Part shown: positions 60,748-64,000 of the stretch, piece by piece
Layout: the number at the start of each line of letters is the position of its first letter
Numbering within the stretch: position 1 is the first letter of the stretch
Source of the DNA: Cyanophyceae cyanobacterium
GTDB lineage: Bacteria > Cyanobacteriota > Cyanobacteriia > Cyanobacteriales > JBHJGN01
Assembly (NCBI GenBank): GCA_050331735.1
Contig: JBHJGN010000004.1
Span: 96,001 to 160,000, forward strand
DNA length: 64,000 nucleotides
Direction of reading: 5' to 3'
Notes under the pieces: generated by a model
Told to the model about the DNA's origin: nothing
What the model saw: only the letters and a program-made list of their open reading frames with translations
Database searches by the model: none
Program-made: the position numbers and the translations under genes

Positions 60748-61392
60748 ATGAAACAGTTAAGACCTAATCGGAATCAAGCTCAAGTCCTGGCAGCCGTTTT
60801 TGGCGTACTGACGGGTCTACCAGCGATGATGCAAGAGGCTAAAGCTCAGTCTCCAGCTCCTGCCCTCGCTCAATGTCCAGGAATTTACTACGAAGAACCC
60901 TTCAACAGCATTGCTCTTGTTCCTGAAGGATGTCCGCCCAATGCCTATACGGGTCAACAGGGACAAGCTCCGGTTGCTCCTTTACCGGGTACGGTTGACG
61001 AGTCCGTTGCGCCGCTACCTGGTGATGCCGATATACCAGCTTCTGCTCCACCTCTTCCAGAAGAGCGCAGCGACCCCGTGGCCATGATCATGCCTGTGGA
61101 CGGACAAGTGAGCGTGACGATCAAAAACAACACAAACGCCATCATCACCTATGAAGCCGTTGGACATACCGAACGACGCTATTTACAGGGCGGAGAAGAA
61201 ACAATGCTCACCGATTTACCACTCCCCTTAACGCTAACGATGGTGCGGCAAGATGATGGCTTTATTGAAGTGAAGCCCCTCGCTTCTGATTCAGGAATGC
61301 TCGAGGTGACCCTAGATGAAGAGGCACAACCCCTCGACGATAACCAAGGAGTGCTGAGAATTCAAGAAGATGGACAAGTCTTTTTGAACTAG
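60748..61392 (+). CDS. Hypothetical exported protein
   Basis: Signal-like N-terminus ending AKA-Q; CP.IYYEEP...GCPPN Cys pair; Pro-rich linker; acidic beta-rich C-terminal domain. Confidence 0.75.
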   Translation: MKQLRPNRNQAQVLAAVFGVLTGLPAMMQEAKAQSPAPALAQCPGIYYEEPFNSIALVPEGCPPNAYTGQQGQAPVAPLPGTVDESVAPLPGDADIPASAPPLPEERSDPVAMIMPVDGQVSVTIKNNTNAIITYEAVGHTERRYLQGGEETMLTDLPLPLTLTMVRQDDGFIEVKPLASDSGMLEVTLDEEAQPLDDNQGVLRIQEDGQVFLN

Positions 61393-61616
61393 ATGCCGCT
61401 CCGGGGACCAGAGACGAGTAGACGAGCAAGCGATCAAATCTGTGTAGGAGCGACAACAAGCGATCGCAGGAGAAAGCAGTAATTCCTTTTCCTGCACCAA
61501 GGCTAATATACATGAGGGATCTGAGCTGAATTTGAATACCTTGCGCTAACCTGAAGACGGTATCGGCAGGAAGCTTCAAGCTTGGCAAAGCGATTTTTTG
61601 GGCAAGTTTATCCTCC

Positions 61617-62609
61617 CTATCTAGCATAGCTGGGGTTTTCCCCTCTTCCTTGCTCCGCTTCGGTAAGGCGTTTAGTCTGCCGAAAAACTTCTTCTGCAAA
61701 AGCAGAATCAGAGCGCATTCGTTCAAAAAAGCGAATCAAGTCTTCTGGAGAACCTGTAAAAGCCATGCGAACGCTAGCATAGTTTACTTCAATGCTTGGC
61801 GCTTCCTCGGTTGTTGATGCTTGGGGCTCGGAGTTAGAAACGCTAACGTCAGAGGACTGATTCGCTGTGGAGGGGTCATCTTGACGAGTATCGGTTTCAT
61901 CAAGAATTTCTTGAATTGTTGCCGTTCGACCAGAAAACCGACCCGCTAAAATTCTGACAGGGGTTCCAACGGTGAGTTGACTGCTATGCTCGAGCTCATC
62001 GGCTCTGTAGAGCTTAATAATACTGCCTACATCCGCGATCCGCACCCGAAACCTCGTGTTGGCACTGGGCCGTATTGGTACTTGACGAGCGTTTGTTTCC
62101 ATTACCGAAACCTCAATCGTTTGTAAAGGCTTCTCTTGAATTGGAGATTCTCGTGCTGAGCCAGCCATAAAAACCTTGTTGGCAGTTGCTTTTTTGTAGT
62201 ACCCAACGATTGTTTTGGCCTTGGAGTAGGTAATAGATTCTCCTTGATGTGCCCGAGCGAGGGCTTTGTGGCGAGCTTCAGGCGGGGTGGAAGGAGCAGC
62301 TAAGAGATAAAGGGCGGATACAGCAATATCCAAATTCTTAAAGTTTACGCTTTTAAACTGTTCGTAAACCTGCATAAATTTAGTAGCTGCTGACAGACTT
62401 AACTCAAATTCAGCAAGCAGCCAGTTTCTAAAGTTTCCGTGACCAAGTTGCTCTTTTACTTCCGTTAATTTTTGTCCGACATTAACGATATCTTGGGCTG
62501 TTCGGCGCAGAATATTTTTGATTTCAATCGTTCGCTGCTGAACAACTCCTCGAGTTTCCTGAGCGAGAGCATTATAGTCAAAGTGTTGAGATTGAATAAG
62601 GTCGTTCAT
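61617..62609 (-). CDS. DUF3102-domain protein with KOW-like motif
   Basis: GQKLTEVKEQLGHGNFRNWL..EF, SALYLLAAPSTP; later VGTPVRILAGRFSGRTATI. Confidence 0.75.
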   Translation of the reverse strand: MNDLIQSQHFDYNALAQETRGVVQQRTIEIKNILRRTAQDIVNVGQKLTEVKEQLGHGNFRNWLLAEFELSLSAATKFMQVYEQFKSVNFKNLDIAVSALYLLAAPSTPPEARHKALARAHQGESITYSKAKTIVGYYKKATANKVFMAGSARESPIQEKPLQTIEVSVMETNARQVPIRPSANTRFRVRIADVGSIIKLYRADELEHSSQLTVGTPVRILAGRFSGRTATIQEILDETDTRQDDPSTANQSSDVSVSNSEPQASTTEEAPSIEVNYASVRMAFTGSPEDLIRFFERMRSDSAFAEEVFRQTKRLTEAEQGRGENPSYAR

Positions 62610-62935
62610 ATCCTCCTAGTCTGGCTAATATCACTTAAAAATAAGAATAGAAAACTGACATGTCTTTACCGTGACGATCAGATGACAATAAAATGACAAG
62701 CTCCGTCGGGTAGAACTATCAAGCTTCTGCATATTGAACCAAATTGCTTCTATATCAAGAAGTTTTAGTCAAAAATCACTCTATCGATAGAGAAAGCCTA
62801 AGCTGACTTCAGTTAATATACTATGAAGAAATAAAGCGTTAAGTTTCGTAAATTTCAACAAATTCAAACTCTACAAATAAACTAGAAAGCAATTCGCTTT
62901 ACTTAATCGTTGAAGATCGTTAATCAAGCTTGAAA

Positions 62936-63751
62936 ATGCTTAATATATCCGTTAAGAATCAAACAAAGAAATCAGGATTTCGTTTGGGGGCGATCGCGCT
63001 ATCTGTAACAGCGCTGCTGCTTTCTGGCTGCAATCAACCAGAAGAAATCTCCCAAACTAACACAACAACTGAAGAAGTCACAGAAGAAACCGAACAGCTC
63101 ATTGGAGAAACCGTTACCATTCGCAGCGATGTCGCAGCGGAAGTAGGCGATGCTAGCTTCACCCTGCAATCAGATGAATTCTTTGGCGGGGAAGAAATCC
63201 TGGTTGTTAATGCCACCGGTACGGCAATTTTGCTGCCTCCCGATGATACTCCCGTTCAGGTGACGGGAGAAGTGGTCCAGTTTGTGCTTGCAGACATTGA
63301 ATCAGAGTACGGACTAGGGCTAGATCCGGAACTGTATGTTGAATACGAAGAACAACCTGCCATTATTGCTGAGTCTGTTGCCCTTGCCCCTGAACCGGAA
63401 GAATTGGCAGAAGACCCGGCAGCCTACTACAATCAGGTTGTTGCTGTAGAAGGAGAAGTAGCCGAAGTTTATTCTCCCAGCACCTTTACCGTCGGCGAAG
63501 AAGGCTGGTTTAGCGGCGGTGAGCTACTGGTTGTCGGCGTTGACCCAGAGTTCAGCATTGGAGATGCCGCCGTTGAAGAAGGAGAGTACGTCACCGTCAC
63601 GGGTGTTCTGCGTCCTTACGTGAGTGCTGATTTTGAACGCGACTACGATCTCACCTGGGATCTAGATTTGCAGCAGCAAATTGAGGCAGAATATACTGAA
63701 ACCCCCGTTTTAGCGGCTACTGAAGTATATCCATCGGCTATCGAGGAATAA
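62936..63751 (+). CDS. Acidic lipoprotein with two internal repeats (OB-fold-like)
   Basis: Lipobox LLSGC; repeats IGETVTIRSDV...FFGGEEILVV...VQVTGEV and YNQVVAVEGEV...FSGGELLVV...VTVTGVL. Confidence 0.75.
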   Translation: MLNISVKNQTKKSGFRLGAIALSVTALLLSGCNQPEEISQTNTTTEEVTEETEQLIGETVTIRSDVAAEVGDASFTLQSDEFFGGEEILVVNATGTAILLPPDDTPVQVTGEVVQFVLADIESEYGLGLDPELYVEYEEQPAIIAESVALAPEPEELAEDPAAYYNQVVAVEGEVAEVYSPSTFTVGEEGWFSGGELLVVGVDPEFSIGDAAVEEGEYVTVTGVLRPYVSADFERDYDLTWDLDLQQQIEAEYTETPVLAATEVYPSAIEE

Positions 63752-64000
63752 ACTTTGAACGATCGCTAAAACGAGCGGAATCTTGAGTTTCGCTCTTTTA
63801 GCGATGCCTACGACGGCTCACTTTGTTCTGGCGTTTCAGTCATTTTTGAGAGATGTTTTCCTAAAAAACCTCCTCTTACCTGTTGTAGATGAAAAAAGCG
63901 ATCGCTAATAGTATATTTGGAGCGGTGAAGCTTCAACAGATAAGCGCCTGAAAGAGCATGGAACAGCGACAGGGACATAAAAAACTGAAAAAATGGAGTA

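Larger units (their letters stand above)
1673..63905. repeat. HIP1 octamer GCGATCGC dispersed throughout
   Basis: Dozens of copies, e.g. 1673, 1863, 5382, 6723, 8593, 8643, 9763, 10752, 10982, 63898. Confidence 0.9.

Noticed and set aside
1..64000. CRISPR array, IS elements, prophage, rRNA
   Set aside because: No regularly spaced repeats, transposase, integrase, phage structural genes or rRNA sequence seen by eye

Overview
Chromosomal window from a cyanobacterium, indicated by psbX, ycf66, sasA, an NTRC-type thioredoxin reductase, a PEP-CTERM protein and abundant HIP1 GCGATCGC octamers; NiSOD suggests a marine or saline lineage. It is mostly core genome: prfC, ppk1, accC, minCDE, ppc, a GH57 enzyme, moeA, rpmG-rpsR-RNase II, rplS-tRNA-Trp-secE-nusG-rplKAJL, a Ctp protease, ftsQZ-thiD, hisS, an ABC-F ATPase and trxB. 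No CRISPR array, IS element, integrase or rRNA was seen. The main points of interest are: (1) a co-oriented superoxide-defence cluster, Mn-type SOD > SufR-like Cys-rich regulator > sodN > sodX, with a CsoR/RcnR/InrS-like operator candidate before sodN; (2) a fatty acyl-AMP ligase followed by an ACP-alpha-oxoamine synthase fusion, a candidate sphingoid-like aminolipid pathway truncated by the window edge; (3) an extra L12-binding repeat in L10; (4) an AraC-SnoaL-GNAT accessory module with a visible 21-bp-period operator; (5) an unannotated 38-aa membrane microprotein candidate. All calls come from motif recognition by eye; no database searches were run.
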